A stretch of 64,000 bases of DNA from Octopus sinensis (lineage: Eukaryota): NCBI RefSeq assembly GCF_006345805.1, contig NC_043005.1:29884001-29948000 (forward strand), given 5' to 3'. The position numbers and the translations under genes were made by a program. The notes under the pieces are model-generated. The model saw nothing but the letters and a program-made list of their open reading frames with translations, was not told the DNA's origin and ran no database searches. Of this stretch, positions 41,095 through 54,399 are shown piece by piece (the first letter of the stretch is position 1; the number at the start of each line of letters is the position of its first letter).

Positions 41095-43830
41095 ACATTA
41101 TTTAATAACAATTTGACTCAGCTCCATACAAATTACACAGGTGTGTAGGACAAACTTAACTCATCAAGCATCTGGAAACAGAGTAATTGAATGAGACAAG
41201 TCCAAGACAACTTCTAGATGTCAGATGTCTATTGGTCTGGAAACAACATCAGTAATTTATTTTATTTTTTTGTCCTTTGACCCACTTGGATGAACAGGCT
41301 GTAGATAGATAACTGTCACTGCTCTGTCTGGAAGCTGCAATGTGGTATATTTAGCAACATCAGATTATTGCCTTTGCTGCTAAACTTTCCATGGGAGCAA
41401 CAAGATTTGGTGGTATTGGATTGTGATTTGATGATGCCTGATTAGACTATCAGCATGAATGGGGCTCTAGTCTATAAGTGTGCCAGGGTTTAACTACTGT
41501 GCCATTGAGTACAGAGTGGCCAGGCTTAAAGTGGTATATCTGGGTTGTTGGCTGCCAGTGTCTTGAAGTTCATAAACAGAGTGTAGCCCTGGAGACACCA
41601 CAAAGCCAGGTGACTCTTCCTGTTCATGGTTACTGCAGATTAGTGAAATAGGTGGAGACAGAGTTGATAATTGCAAGTTCCAAGTGAGTACAGAGGAGCC
41701 CTGTCAATGACACTCCATTCAATATTGGAAGTCATTCTGATGATCACAGAATCGCCAGATAAAATAGGACAGGGACACAGAGTTTTCCTTATCTCTGCTT
41801 CTGACAGAGTGCATATGCTGTGTATACCTTTTCTTGAAGTCACAGGCTGTTGTGCTGTCTTGTAATGTCAACAGATGGTGTGAGGGTGGGTCTAAAGACC
41901 ACAGACTTTGTGAGGCAAAATCTTCCCTGTGAACAATTGGTAAGATTTCAACAGTTACATGTTAGGATGTGTACTGGATGCTGTGTAGGTGTGTGTTTGT
42001 GTTTGCTGTAGTATGCACTGTTTAAAGCAACGTTGTCTTAGCAGAAATAACTGACCTTGATATTATCAGGTTTAAAACCCTTATAATACTTATGGGTTCT
42101 AGGGAAATGTTTGTTAATTAGCATCAGGAAGCTCCTAGCTATGTTGGTTAAAATTTCTAGGTTAAATGAAGAATTGAATCTCATTACCTTTCTCTTTTTG
42201 ATTCTCTTTGGATTCAGGAGTGGGGATGGGGTGTCTGTCATATATCCTAATGCATTGTTATAATGTGAAGGAGTGGCTATGTTGAAGAACTCTTTATCCA
42301 TCTATAGTTTAGAGGTTGTGCTGCTTATGCTTGTGACTAAGTTTCTAATTATAGCTTGGAGGTGGTTAGAGTTTTTGTAGATATATACAGTTTCCTCTTT
42401 GGGTTTCCTGCAAGGTCATTGCTTTCTGATCTTCAGATCCAGGGTTATGTCCAGGAAGTCAACCCTTGTTAAATTGGTGGTGACCATTAGACAGGCCAAA
42501 TTATTTGAATATCTTTATCAGACCCTTCTTGAACTTGTCCATGATGTGACTGTTTATATGGCTTGAGATTACCAGATTGTCATCCCCTATACAGGCCCAA
42601 GTCAGTGGGGCTGCTTCTTTACAGTATCCAGAATAAATAAGCTGATGAGGTCAACAATTGTAGTCCTGTCGTGGCTCACCATAGCTATGTCAAACAGAGG
42701 TTCATCTTTCTTCTTCACCCAGTAGGAATCATGACGAACCAAAATTGACTTTCTAGCAGTCATGATGTTTCTGATATTAAGGTCACTGATATTGGTGAAT
42801 TGCTTACCAAATTCTAAAGCTCTCAAGATTTTGGTGGGTAGAAATCCATGATATTGAACTGGTGGACCTGCAGGCTACTTTCTTCTTGATGTCATGGAAC
42901 CAGTCAATTCCTGCAGTGCTACAATCTCATTGGGTCAATTTCATAGTGCCTTTTTCACTCTTCCATGGATTTAATCAGCCTGCATTTAGGATTAGAAAGG
43001 AAGTTGAGTTTATGATCCTTAAGTGTGACATAGGAGGTGGGGGGAGAGGCAAGGCAGCCCACATGATCCTCTATATTTAGAAAGGTGGCCAGCTCTTTCA
43101 CTTCAATGCTCATGTCATTATATGTAGAGATGTTTGTTTTCTTGTTGGTTGCAGTAATTGCGTTTGTAAGAAGGTGTGTGTGTGTGTGTTTGCAAGTGTT
43201 TGTCTCATATATGACCTTTGTTTTGTTGCAAGAATGTGTACATAAGATGATTGCTTCATTATTGCCATGTAGTAGTGTAATGAGTTAAAGAAGAGGTTAG
43301 ACTGATGATGTTGATGAAATTTTACCTTCTTTCTGATGTTTAGTAAATCAGCTTTAAAGCTCTTGAGGTCATTTAGCTGGGGATATCATTTATTTTTAGG
43401 ATTTAAAACTGAACTTGTCCATAAGTCTGCTGGCGGACAGATTCTCAAAGAAAATAGAAAGTGTCACCAAACATATTTTTGGATATTTTTTTAAAGTGTA
43501 CAACAACAATTGTCTCTCCATTATAAACTGTTTATCTCTCATTTATGAGTGGTACTCAACAGAATATAGAGTACGAATACATGTGAGTGGACAAAAATGA
43601 AAGAAAGTGACACTCAACACTTTTGTTAGAAATTACATACAATATTTAATAACAGTTTGACTCAGCTCCATGCAACTTCAAGTTTCATAGGCTGGTAGAA
43701 TGAACCTAACTCATCAGGTATCTGGAGATATGATACAAATCCAAGATGGCTTCTAGATGTTAGGCCTTAAGTGGTTTGTTGAGGTCATGTGGTGTTATTG
43801 GTCTGGAAGCAACATCGATGATTTTCTTTG
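41095..43830 (-). mobile_element. Penelope-like retroelement relic: pLTR (43830-43635), RT, GIY-YIG, pLTR (41260-41095)
   Basis: Disrupted frames give ARKSIL..WVKK..FDIAM, frameshifted GLYRDD, VDFLDITLDL, FNSSFN..TNIARSFL..KHFP, TCNC..C....CL, FKKRY.QH and IEWSVI..LCL; direct terminal repeats carry hammerhead-like cores. Confidence 0.82.
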
Positions 43831-44278
43831 TTCTTAGAACCACATAAATAGAATACCAAACTTCCATCAAGACCTGTTGAGCCTTGGAGAAATATTAGCT
43901 TTGAAACAACTGATAAAGGCATCCAACTATAAAAAATCTGCCTCAAATGAATTCCATCTGGCCACAATATATATGGACATTAAAACAATGATGATGGTCT
44001 CCATTTTGTTTAAGGATTTTGTACAGTAAAAACCAGGCAGTTAGCCTGAGCATGTCAAGGTTATACAACGGTTCACTTTGATTACATATTTTAGTTGGTT
44101 ACAAGTTTTACTAAAATATGTGAGTTATTTATTGGAACATGAAGTAATTCTAGATTAATCAACAACTCAATAATATTTTAATGTTTTAATGACCAATTAT
44201 TTTTATTATGCATAACAAAGGTTTATTGTGTTGAACAGTTTGTTGACCGGGGTGGTGTTGACAGTTTTATTACCTGCT

Positions 44279-44299
<21 letters not shown>

Positions 44300-44309
<10 letters not shown>

Positions 44310-44490
44310 GAAATTTACAGTAAAACAAAAGACAAAGACAAATATATGAACAACAAGCAGGTGTATTAGTTTGATGTTCAGGAAAGTGAGAAAGTCTTTT
44401 ATGTTTCAAGCCTACACACTTCAACAGAAAGGAATAAGAGAAAATAAACAGAGAGAGAGAATACAAAAACTTGTAGATTTAGTGGTCAAG
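44300..44490 (-). mobile_element. Short PLE-type terminal fragment with degenerate hammerhead motif
   Basis: cttt-CTGTTGA-...-GAAA-caTA-aaag; related to 56760-56940. Confidence 0.5.
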
Positions 44491-45999
44491 CATATATATA
44501 TATGTATATAATTATAATATAAATTATATATATATATATATGCATGTATAGATACAATAATGGGAGAAGAAGAGATATACATATGACTGTTCCTGCAATA
44601 CTGTTAGTTCTCTGAGATGTTTGTTTAATAAATATGTGTGTGTGTGTGTGTGTGGTGACTGTAAACGAGCCTCATAGTCATACAAGCAAGGTTGTTCATT
44701 TCAAGTTTTCTGTGAAAAACATATCCAGCTATGGGAAAATATTAGATTGCATGGAAACAGATGAAGGTTGGTGACAGGAATGGCATCTGGCCAGTGGAGA
44801 GCTACCTCAGCAACTTCTGTCTGACCCATACAAGCATGGAAAAGTAAATGCTAAATGATAAAGACAATATGAGTGTGTGTGTAGTTGGTTTTATTTATTT
44901 ATGTTATGGTGCAAAACCATGTAAGAGTTCCATACAACTTAATATGATGTAGAGCCTCGTAAATGTTAAATCTATGTCCAAGAAAAACAGGTTACATTTC
45001 TTATCCATTATTTCATTCAGTCAACTTACAATACATATCAACAGGTTTGAAAGTAATTCCAAATTCAGAGCAAAAGTTGGTCAGTGAAAATTAGTTCATC
45101 CTTATTATTTTTTATATGAAAATAATGATCTTTCAACTTGCTGACACAAACCTAAATTTGTCTTTGACAATGTGAAAGAAGACTTCCCCTTCATGTCCGA
45201 TAGCTGATGACTTCTGATCTATATAAATTTATACCACCTGAAGTTATCTTATTACTTTCAAACCTGCTGATGCTGTTTATCTCACATAAATTTACATATG
45301 CATGCTTGTGCGTGTGTGAGCGCATGCATGTGCATGTGTAAACACTTGAAATTAAATATTCCTGTGTAGACAAAAATGAAACAGAAAGTATTTAGATATT
45401 CAAAGTAGAAATGTTAAAATATATTTCTAAACAGAAACTTTGAATTTTGAAATGTTGAGTTTCACATTACCGATGTTGAGTTTTACATTTCCAATGTTAA
45501 TGAGAATATTCAGATAACCAAAAGAAAATGGAAACATTTGACTGGATGTGAAGATTAAATTATATAAACGAATAAATATTTGATTGGATGCATATGCAAA
45601 AATAAAATCAACTAAAAAGAAATTGAATAAAAATAAAATGCAAACTGAAAAAAAAATCATATATTGTTCTTGTTCAACATCTACTTTTCCATGCTTCCCA
45701 GGGGGGTCAGGTGAGAGTATTTTGAGTCAGTGGTTGGATGTCCTTCCTGTGGCCAGTTCCCACTTGTTTCCAAGTGAGACCATAATCTTTCAGTCTATCA
45801 AACAACAAATAGACCAAATATGTATTGTATGGAGAACTGACAACAAACAAAACTATTTGAATGTGCATTTTGTTTACAAATCAGAAAGCATAATTGAAAA
45901 AGGAAGGCACTCTCACAAACACACACACACACACACCCATAGGTTCACACACAAACACACACATACATATAATAATGCATGCATATTTTGGAAGAAGTG

Positions 46000-46220
46000 T
46001 CACGTAAAAATGCTCGTACAGTGCCACATAAAAGCACCCGTGCAATGTTGCACTCTGTGGAGTGGTCAATGTTAGGAAGGACATCCAGCCATAGAAACAA
46101 TACTGAATCAGACTGGAGTTTGGTGCAGCCCCCACTAGCTTGCCAGCTCTGGTCACACCATCCAACCCATGCCAGCATGGACAATGAACATTAAATAATG
46201 ATGATGATGATGATGATGAT
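46000..46220 (+). mobile_element. RTE 3' end copy
   Basis: Conserved 3' UTR plus (GAT)n. Confidence 0.7.
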
Positions 46221-46381
46221 ACATATATATATTTGCGTTTGTATGTATATATACATACGTATACATAATATATATATGTTTGTGTGTGTGTGTGTGTGTA
46301 TATACACAAAAAAAAATATAGGTTTGTTTTTGTCATGCTGGAGCACCACCCTCATTACCATGGTAACACTCTGTCTTTCAG

Positions 46382-46522
46382 TATATCAATAGTGCGTACG
46401 AGCGACTCTCAGGTTATGCCACAGATGAAATCCTTGGCAAAAATGCAAAAGAATTTCCTCGAAGTGACAAAGTGAAACCAGAACACCTGGATATTATTAA
46501 CAATCACCTCGTCAAAGACAAA
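46382..46522 (+). CDS. PDE8: PDE8 exon (PAS): YINSAYERLSGYATDEILGKNAKEFPRSDKVKPEHLDIINNHLVKDK
   Basis: ctttcag acceptor and gtaagt donor; carries the PAS signature YVNxAFERxxGYxxxELLGK. Confidence 0.94.
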
Positions 46523-46570
46523 GTAAGTTTTAAAATTTCTTAATTGTAACCATTCTTTCATTCCTGGGCA

Positions 46571-47780
46571 TACACCCACCTGTAGTTGTGTATCTATATC
46601 ATTATTTTATATACACCCACCTGTAGTTGTGTGTCTATATTATCCTTTTATATACACCCACCTGTAGCTGTGTGTCTATATTATCATTTTATATACACCC
46701 ACCTGTAGCTGTGTGTCTATATCATCATTTTATGTACACCCACCTGTAGCTGTGTGTCTATATTATTATTTTATATACACCACCTGTAGTTGTGTGTCTA
46801 TATTATCATTTTATATACACCCACCTGTGTTGTGTGTCTATATTATCATTTTATATACAACCACCTGTAGTTGTGTGTCTATATTATCATTTTATATACA
46901 CCCACCTGTAGCTGTGTGTCTATATTATCATTTTATATACACCCACCTGTAGCTGTGTGTCTATATCATCATTTTATGTACACCCACCTGTAGCTGTGTG
47001 TCTATATTATTATTTTATATACACCCACCTGTAGTTGTGTGTCTATATTATCATTTTATATACACCCACCTGTAGTTGTGTGTCTATATTATCATTTTAT
47101 ATACACCCACCTGTAGTTGTGTGTCTATATTATCATTTTATATACACCCACCTGTAGTTGTGTGTCTATATTATCATTTTATATACACCCACCTGTTGCT
47201 GTGTGTCTATATTATCATTTTATATACACCCACCTGTAGCTGTGTGTCTATATCATCATTTTATGTACACCCACCTGTAGTTGTGTGTCTATATTATTAT
47301 TTTATATACACCCACCTGTAGTTGTGTGTCTATATTATCATTTTATATACACCCACCTGTAGTTGTGTGTCTATATTATCATTTTATATACACCCACCTG
47401 TTGCTGTGTGTCTATATTATCATTTTATATATACCCACCTGTAGCTGTGTGTCTATATCATCATTTTATGTACACCCACCTGTAGCTGTGTGTCTATATC
47501 ATCATTTTATGTACACCCACCTGTAGCTGTGTGTCTATTATTATTTTATATACACCCACCTGTAGCTGTGTGTCTATATTATCATTTTATATACACCCAC
47601 CTGTAGTTGTGTGTCTATATTATCATTTTATATACACCCACCTGTAGTTGTGTGTCTATATTATCTTTTTATATACACCCAACTGTAGTTGTGTGTCTAT
47701 ATTATTATTCTATATATACCCAACTGTAGTTGTATCTGTATGTGCCTATATCATTATTGTATATACATTCAGCTGTACAT
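46571..47780. repeat. Minisatellite, 41-bp unit, about 29 copies
   Basis: Unit tacacccacctgtagttgtgtgtctatattatcattttata; starts at 46571, 46612 and 46653. Confidence 0.95.
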
Positions 47781-47852
47781 GTGTGTCTGGTTTGTGTCTG
47801 CATCATTACAGTATGTACACCAAACTTCAGTTGTCTTTCTGTATAATTACTT

Positions 47853-47900
<48 letters not shown>

Positions 47901-47953
47901 CATATATCATCATCATCATTTTTTATGATGATGATGATGATGATACATATATA

Positions 47954-48075
47954 TATTGAGTTAGAAAACAGAGAGATCTAATGGATACAAATTAATTTAT
48001 TAATTAATCAACAGATGTTGATTAATTAATAAACTAAAGTGTATATATTAGATCTCTCTGTTTTCTAACTCAATA
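47954..48075. repeat. Imperfect palindrome, ~55-bp arms
   Basis: attgagttagaaaacagagagatctaat...attagatctctctgttttctaactcaat. Confidence 0.85.
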
Positions 48076-48209
48076 AAAATGTTTGACATCTTACAATATG
48101 CTATATAATATATTCATTGAAGAATTATCTCTTCAATTTAATATATTAAACCAATGTATCTTGGATAAAAAAACATTCCTGTAAGAGATTTGAATATACT
48201 CATTCTGAC

Positions 48210-48244
<35 letters not shown>

Positions 48245-48285
48245 GTAATATAGAAACAGCTAAAACTGAATGTACATGCTATAAT

Positions 48286-48614
48286 CGTGGCACTTCGTCG
48301 TTTATGACGACAAAGGTTCCAGTTGATCCGATCAATGAAACAGCCTGCTCGTGAGATTAACGTGCAAGTGGCTGAGCACTCCACAGACACAAGTACCCTT
48401 AATGTAGTTCTCGGGGCAATTCAGTGTGACACAGAGTGTGACAAGGTGGCCCTTTGAAATACAGGTAAAACAGAAACAGGAAGAAAGAGTGAGAGAAAGT
48501 TGTGGTGGAAGAGTAAAGAAGGGTTTTCTACCAACTCCTGCCGGAGCCTCAAAGAGCTCTGGGTATTTTCGCTCAATAAACACTCACAACGCCCGGTCTA
48601 GGAATTGAAACTGT
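48286..48614 (-). mobile_element. SINE family B, 5'-clipped, tail type 3
   Basis: Shares the body gttgtgagtgtttattgagcgaaaa...actttctctcactctttcttc with 37099 and 12971. Confidence 0.75.
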
Positions 48615-48622
48615 GATATATA

Positions 48623-48663
<41 letters not shown>

Positions 48664-48844
48664 ATATATGAGGAAGTGAGGGTATAAAAGGTATTGGTGT
48701 CTAGAAGACCCAAATAGTGGCAGATAAGGTTAAGTAAGTGCTATGGACAGACCATAGTTAAACTCATGGTTCGATTGTGATACAAGTGAGGAGTTTAATG
48801 TGGGTCTTGTATTAGCATGTGTATATATATATATATATATATAT

Positions 48845-49052
48845 ATTAGATAAAAACAGATAACAAAGCCAAGGCTGTGAGGAGTTTTCAAGATATTTAT
48901 AAGGAAAGAGATATAGTCTTACAGCTGTATCTGGGATATTGTATATCCATAATATCCCAGAAACACCTAAACAGCTGTAAGACTATGTCTCTTTCCTTAT
49001 AAATGTCCTGAAAACTCCTCACAGCCTTGGCTTTGTTATCTTTTCTTGTCTA

Positions 49053-49053
<1 letters not shown>
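48845..49053. mobile_element. Fold-back element between (TA)n tracts
   Basis: ~95-bp inverted arms; contains a palindromic ACAGCTGT-A end resembling the 3' half of a hammerhead. Confidence 0.65.
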
Positions 49054-49102
<49 letters not shown>

Positions 49103-49211
49103 GTATTGTATGTATGTGTGTATGTATTTATGTATGTATGTATGTATGTGTATGTCTGTATGTATGTATGTATGTGTATGTATGTATATTATGTATATAT
49201 ATATGTGTGTG

Positions 49212-49272
<61 letters not shown>

Positions 49273-49290
49273 TATATATGTATGTATATG

Positions 49291-49323
<33 letters not shown>

Positions 49324-49546
49324 GTGTGTATATATATGTATATATATGTATATATATGTATATATATGTATATGTATATATATATGTATATATATAGGTG
49401 TGTGTATATATATACATTTATATATGTATAAATATATATATGTATATACATGTGTATATATAATTAACATCTAATATAGGATAGAATTTTTTCGAAAAAT
49501 TCTATCAGTGGTCAGCATATTAAAAAATACCTTTAAAGGTTAAATT

Positions 49547-49840
49547 TATAAACAATTTATAAGTAAGGGCAAAAGAAAAAAATTTCTAATGCCAAAATAT
49601 GCCAAAAATCGACACTTCATCAATAACCATGTAATTTATCACAAGCACATGTTTCAAAGAAAGCCGGCAGAAATTTCTAAAAAATTCCGTTCTTACCATA
49701 TCGGACCAAATTTCAGAGTTAGTTCATAAGAAACTTCTTTTCATCACTTTGAAACACGTGCTTGTGATAAATAGTGTCGATATTCGGCATATTTTGGCAT
49801 TAGAATTTTTTTCTTTTGCCCTTATTTATAAATTGTTTAT
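49547..49840. mobile_element. Fold-back element between (TA)n tracts
   Basis: Inverted arms ~49547-49660 and ~49748-49840. Confidence 0.65.
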
Positions 49841-49857
49841 GCGTACATATATATATG

Positions 49858-49941
<84 letters not shown>

Positions 49942-50019
49942 CGGTGGTGCCCCAGCATGGCCGCGGCCTTTGGGCTAAAACATTTTTAAGGATTTAAGGA
50001 TATTATATATATGTATATG

Positions 50020-50053
<34 letters not shown>

Positions 50054-50224
50054 TATATATAATTATATATATGTTATATATATGTATGTATGCATGTATA
50101 TATATGTATATATATATTATGTATATATATGTATGATATATATGTATGTATATATATATATATGTATGTATGTATATATATATATATATGTATGTATATA
50201 TATATATATGTATGTATATACATG

Positions 50225-50278
<54 letters not shown>

Positions 50279-50399
50279 CATATATGTATGTATATATATA
50301 TATATGTATATTTATACATGTCTATATACATAGATATGTATCTATGTATGTATGTATATATCCGGCTGTTGTCACGTGTCTGTATGATGAAATAAACAA

Positions 50400-50710
50400 A
50401 TAAACTTCAGAGGTGCTTTGCACCCCATGGAGATATTGCAGGAATTCCTCAGAGTTATCGCAGGTTCTTCTTGTGTATCCTTGGCAATGTTAGAAACGTT
50501 TCCGTATCATCAGCATAAATTTCAACCTGTTTGATTTTTCTGCGCAGAGCAGAGTGGGGTAGACAGTAGTTAGTTGATCCTCACTGAAGGGTTCTTCTTT
50601 GTGATCAATTATCAGCCACTGCCACCTTGAGCTGGTTTCACCTGCCATGGCTATCTTCTTACTGATTTTCTTTGTTTCAGTTCCAGACCAATCTTCTGCA
50701 GCCAGCATTA
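50400..50710 (-). pseudogene. Decayed LINE RT fragment
   Basis: NRLKF and YADDT read across a frameshift on the minus strand. Confidence 0.4.
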
Positions 50711-51167
50711 GTTGTCTGTATATATCATTATTGTATATACACCCAGCTATAGCTGTATGTATATTGTTGCTTTGTTCTTGAACATTCCATCACCACCACC
50801 ACCACCACCACCACCACACCTCCACCACCAGCATTACCACTACTACTACCACGTCTACCATAATGAGCACTTGTACTACCACTACTACTGCTACCTCTAA
50901 CAACCCTCTCTATCACTACTGCTCCTACTACATGCAGCCCCCATCATTAAAATCTCAACCATTACAATCTCTGCCACAGTTAGCACCACCACCACCACCA
51001 CCACCACCACCACCATTACTACTACAACCACTACCACTGCCTCAATAACTATTACTACCACCTCCACCATCCCCACCTGTACCACTTCCACTACCCTGAT
51101 CAACACCACCAAGACTCTCCACAAAATCTAAAACCTAGCCATCAATGTCATTCTTTTCTCATTCCAG

Positions 51168-51256
51168 TTGTGGGAAGGTTTACATTATATGCGTCGGAAA
51201 AGTGGTGGAAGTATCCCACACCATTGTAGAATTGTCCCAGTTCTTGGACCTCTGGG
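51168..51256 (+). CDS. PDE8: PDE8 exon (PAS/PAC): LWEGLHYMRRKSGGSIPHHCRIVPVLGPL(G)
   Basis: attccag acceptor and gtaagt donor; resembles [30 protein letters not shown]. Confidence 0.93.
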
Positions 51257-53184
51257 GTAAGTAGACAAAGAACACCACAGCTGAACTTCACAAGGTGGGA
51301 CATAAGGGTCAACATAGTACATTATTTGGGACAGGGGTCAGCATGCTACACTACTGAGGTCCACATGGATTAACATGCAGACAGACAGGTGAACGTGATG
51401 CACTATTAGGGGCAACATAAGTCAGCACAATTAAGGACCCTATAGGCCAACATGCTGCAGTATTAAGGACTTAATAAGACAATAACCTATGTTATATAGA
51501 AGAAGATCAGAGAATAAGATATATATCTAAAATGGGCCATAATTACATTAGTCTTTTTTATTTTACAATTAGTCAGAAGAAGGAGGGCATTATCCACAGA
51601 AGACTTTGCTGACTCGGATTGAGTGAAAGTTTAAGGGTAGCTTTGTGAATTTTGGAAAAATTTTGACCTGGATATGGCTCATCAAGAGATTAGTGTAGTT
51701 AAGGGTCCATCATAATCATCAGACTTACCCAACTAAAATGTTGGTAAAAATAATCAGGCATTATATGTTATTATACAAAATATTATCTGTCATCATTGTT
51801 GTCTAGATGTTATATAACATACAACATATTAACTGATATCATTGTTATGGAGATTTTTATGATGATGATGTGTATATATGAGAGATAGTGTGTACATGTA
51901 AGAGAGAGAGAAAGAGAGTGCGTGTGCGTATGTGTGTGTGCATGTGTAAGTGATGTGGTTGGCATATTTGTGTGTGTGTGATAAGCATGTGTGTGTATGC
52001 ATAAATGTGTATGTATAGATGTGTATGTATTTATACATGTTGCACATATGTTTCCTGTGTATCGCATGTAATGTGTGTATACAATTGGTAAACCACTGCT
52101 GTTCCAGCTCACCACCACCACCACCACCACCACCACCCCATCTGTTACCAACAGTCACAATCAAACAACAATCTCTGACATTTTAAACTGGCTTCTTACA
52201 TTCTGATCTTTGTAGATTTATTCCACATCTTTTGTCTGCTACCGATACCATTGTCTATTCACCTGTCTACAAGACAGTTCTAGAATTTCTATCTAATCAT
52301 TATCAAAATAATTAAACCACAAATGTCTCTGATTGATAAATGACAAAAACTGCAGCAGCTCTTGGAATAAACTGAAGCAAAAGCTTTTAAAAGAAATTAA
52401 ACTGAGCTCTAATACAGAACTCTTCTTGTTATTTCTGGTATGCAGGTGAGATGACTCACTGGATAAAATATAAGATGACCAACGTATGGTTGCAAGTTCA
52501 AATCCACTGCAAGTAGAGCACAAATTTCTGGACATTGTAACCAAAACTAATTTATCAGAAAGAACTGCAAGATCAATTTATTGGTACCCTGCACCGAACA
52601 GTACTTTGTATTAATAACCTTGCATCATTTATATTAATGTAGAGGTACTTATATTTAATTTCATTATTTTAGCAAATTTAATAGTTGTTTAATTTATTGT
52701 TTGTTGACCAAGGTGACCATGCTCTGAATTAAGCAAACATTAGATTTACTCGAATAATGACTTCAAGTTTTGGCACAAGGCCAGCAGCTTCAAGAGAGGG
52801 GATCGGTCAATTATATTGACCCCCAGTGATTAATTGGTACTTATTTTATCAACCCTAAAAGGATGAAATATGAAGTTGAACTCAGCAGAATTTGAACTAG
52901 GGTTGTAAAGCCACAAAGCATTTTGCCTAGCTGACCACTTTACTAATAAACTTAAGAAATGAAATAAAAGGTGACCACCCCTGCTTCAGAAAATTCGGTA
53001 ATCTGGAATGGGTTTGGAGTTAAGGGTTCCTGAAAATCGATGTTGTACCTGTGCAAATGTTCTATTTAGTTTTTGGTCAGATCTTTTATCGGTCTGACAC
53101 GATTGATTTCATGGTCAACTTAATTCTTTGAAATTATCCTTCTTGTGTCACATTTACCAAAGAACAGCCAAAATATTTCTGTTG

Positions 53185-53606
53185 TCGTCATCATCATCAT
53201 CATCATCATCATCATCTTAATGTTCACTTTTCCATGTTTGCATGGGGTGGATGAAATTCATTGAAGTAGTTTTTCCACGGCTGGATACTCTTCCTGTCAC
53301 CAATCCTCACTTGTTTCCAAGCAAGGTAATATCTCCCCATGGCCAAACATATTCTCACAGAATACTGGAAATGAATGACACCACTTGTATAACAGTGACA
53401 CTCATTTATAACTAAATAAGGAGACACACACACACACACATTCATGCATATGCATATATGATAGGGTACTTTGTTTCCAAAACCACTCACAAGGCTTTGG
53501 CTGGCCCAAGGCTATAGCAGAAGACACTAATCCAAAGTGCCACACATTGGGACTGAACCCTAAACCATGTATTCAGAAAGCAAACTTCTTAACCACACGC
53601 CCACCT
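53185..53606 (-). mobile_element. SINE with family-A head and RTE-type 3' tail
   Basis: Head aligns to family A; ends ggaagagtatccagccgtggaaaa...ccatgcaaacatggaaaagtgaacattaa(GAT)n; related bodies at 40050-40290, 44660-44850 and 45670-45900. Confidence 0.7.
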
Positions 53607-54399
53607 TGCATCCACCAAAAATCAACCAAAGCATCCAATTATATTTGCCTTTGATTCTTCTAAGTGGAACAAAACAAAGTGCCATATTTTGGCATCTTTG
53701 TGATCATCTAAAAACCTTCTCCAAAAATCTGTCTGCATCGTTGTTGCTTTTAGAATCCTTAGAGTTTTGTACATAATACTCTGTAGTATTTCTTCTGGCG
53801 CTTTGCATTCTAAGTTCAAATCACACAAAGGTCAACTTTACAATTCACTACTCTGACGTTGATAGAAAAAAGTACCAGGCTAATACTGGGTTCAATGTTA
53901 TTGACCAACCACCCTGCCTCAAAACTGTCAGGGCCTTAATCAGAAACCATTATTACCACTGCCGCATCACTGACGATTGGCTCCTAGGATTTGCTCATGT
54001 AATTCTTAGGAATTGGTGTTCATGATTTAAGAACTGAAGTTTTTATTGTTTCTTTCTCTGTTGAAACTTTTAAATGGCAAGCGAGAGGTGCCAACTGTTA
54101 TTAGCTGCTTGATTGGTTCAAGGAATGAAAGAGAAAGAATTCATTAATAAGAGACGAAAAGATTCAATGATAAAATAAAACTATTGTGTAATCAATGCAC
54201 ACTCACATACATATATACAGGTATGTGTGTATACATATCTATATAAACATACTCATGCACACACACTCACACACACAAACACCACACCCCAGAGCTGTTC
54301 TGAATGTAATGCAAAAGTAAAGTTTAACATTTTTATTAACTTACATAGGTCATTCAAATTGCACATGCTGGTACGGACAACTTTTCCTCTGTTTAAAGG

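Noticed and set aside
46571-47780. Possible CRISPR array
   Set aside because: The units are contiguous with no unique spacers and no cas genes, and they sit in a eukaryotic intron.
49019-50403. Many YI/CV/HT-rich ORFs here and throughout the window
   Set aside because: They are artefacts of (TA)n, (TG)n and (CA)n microsatellites.
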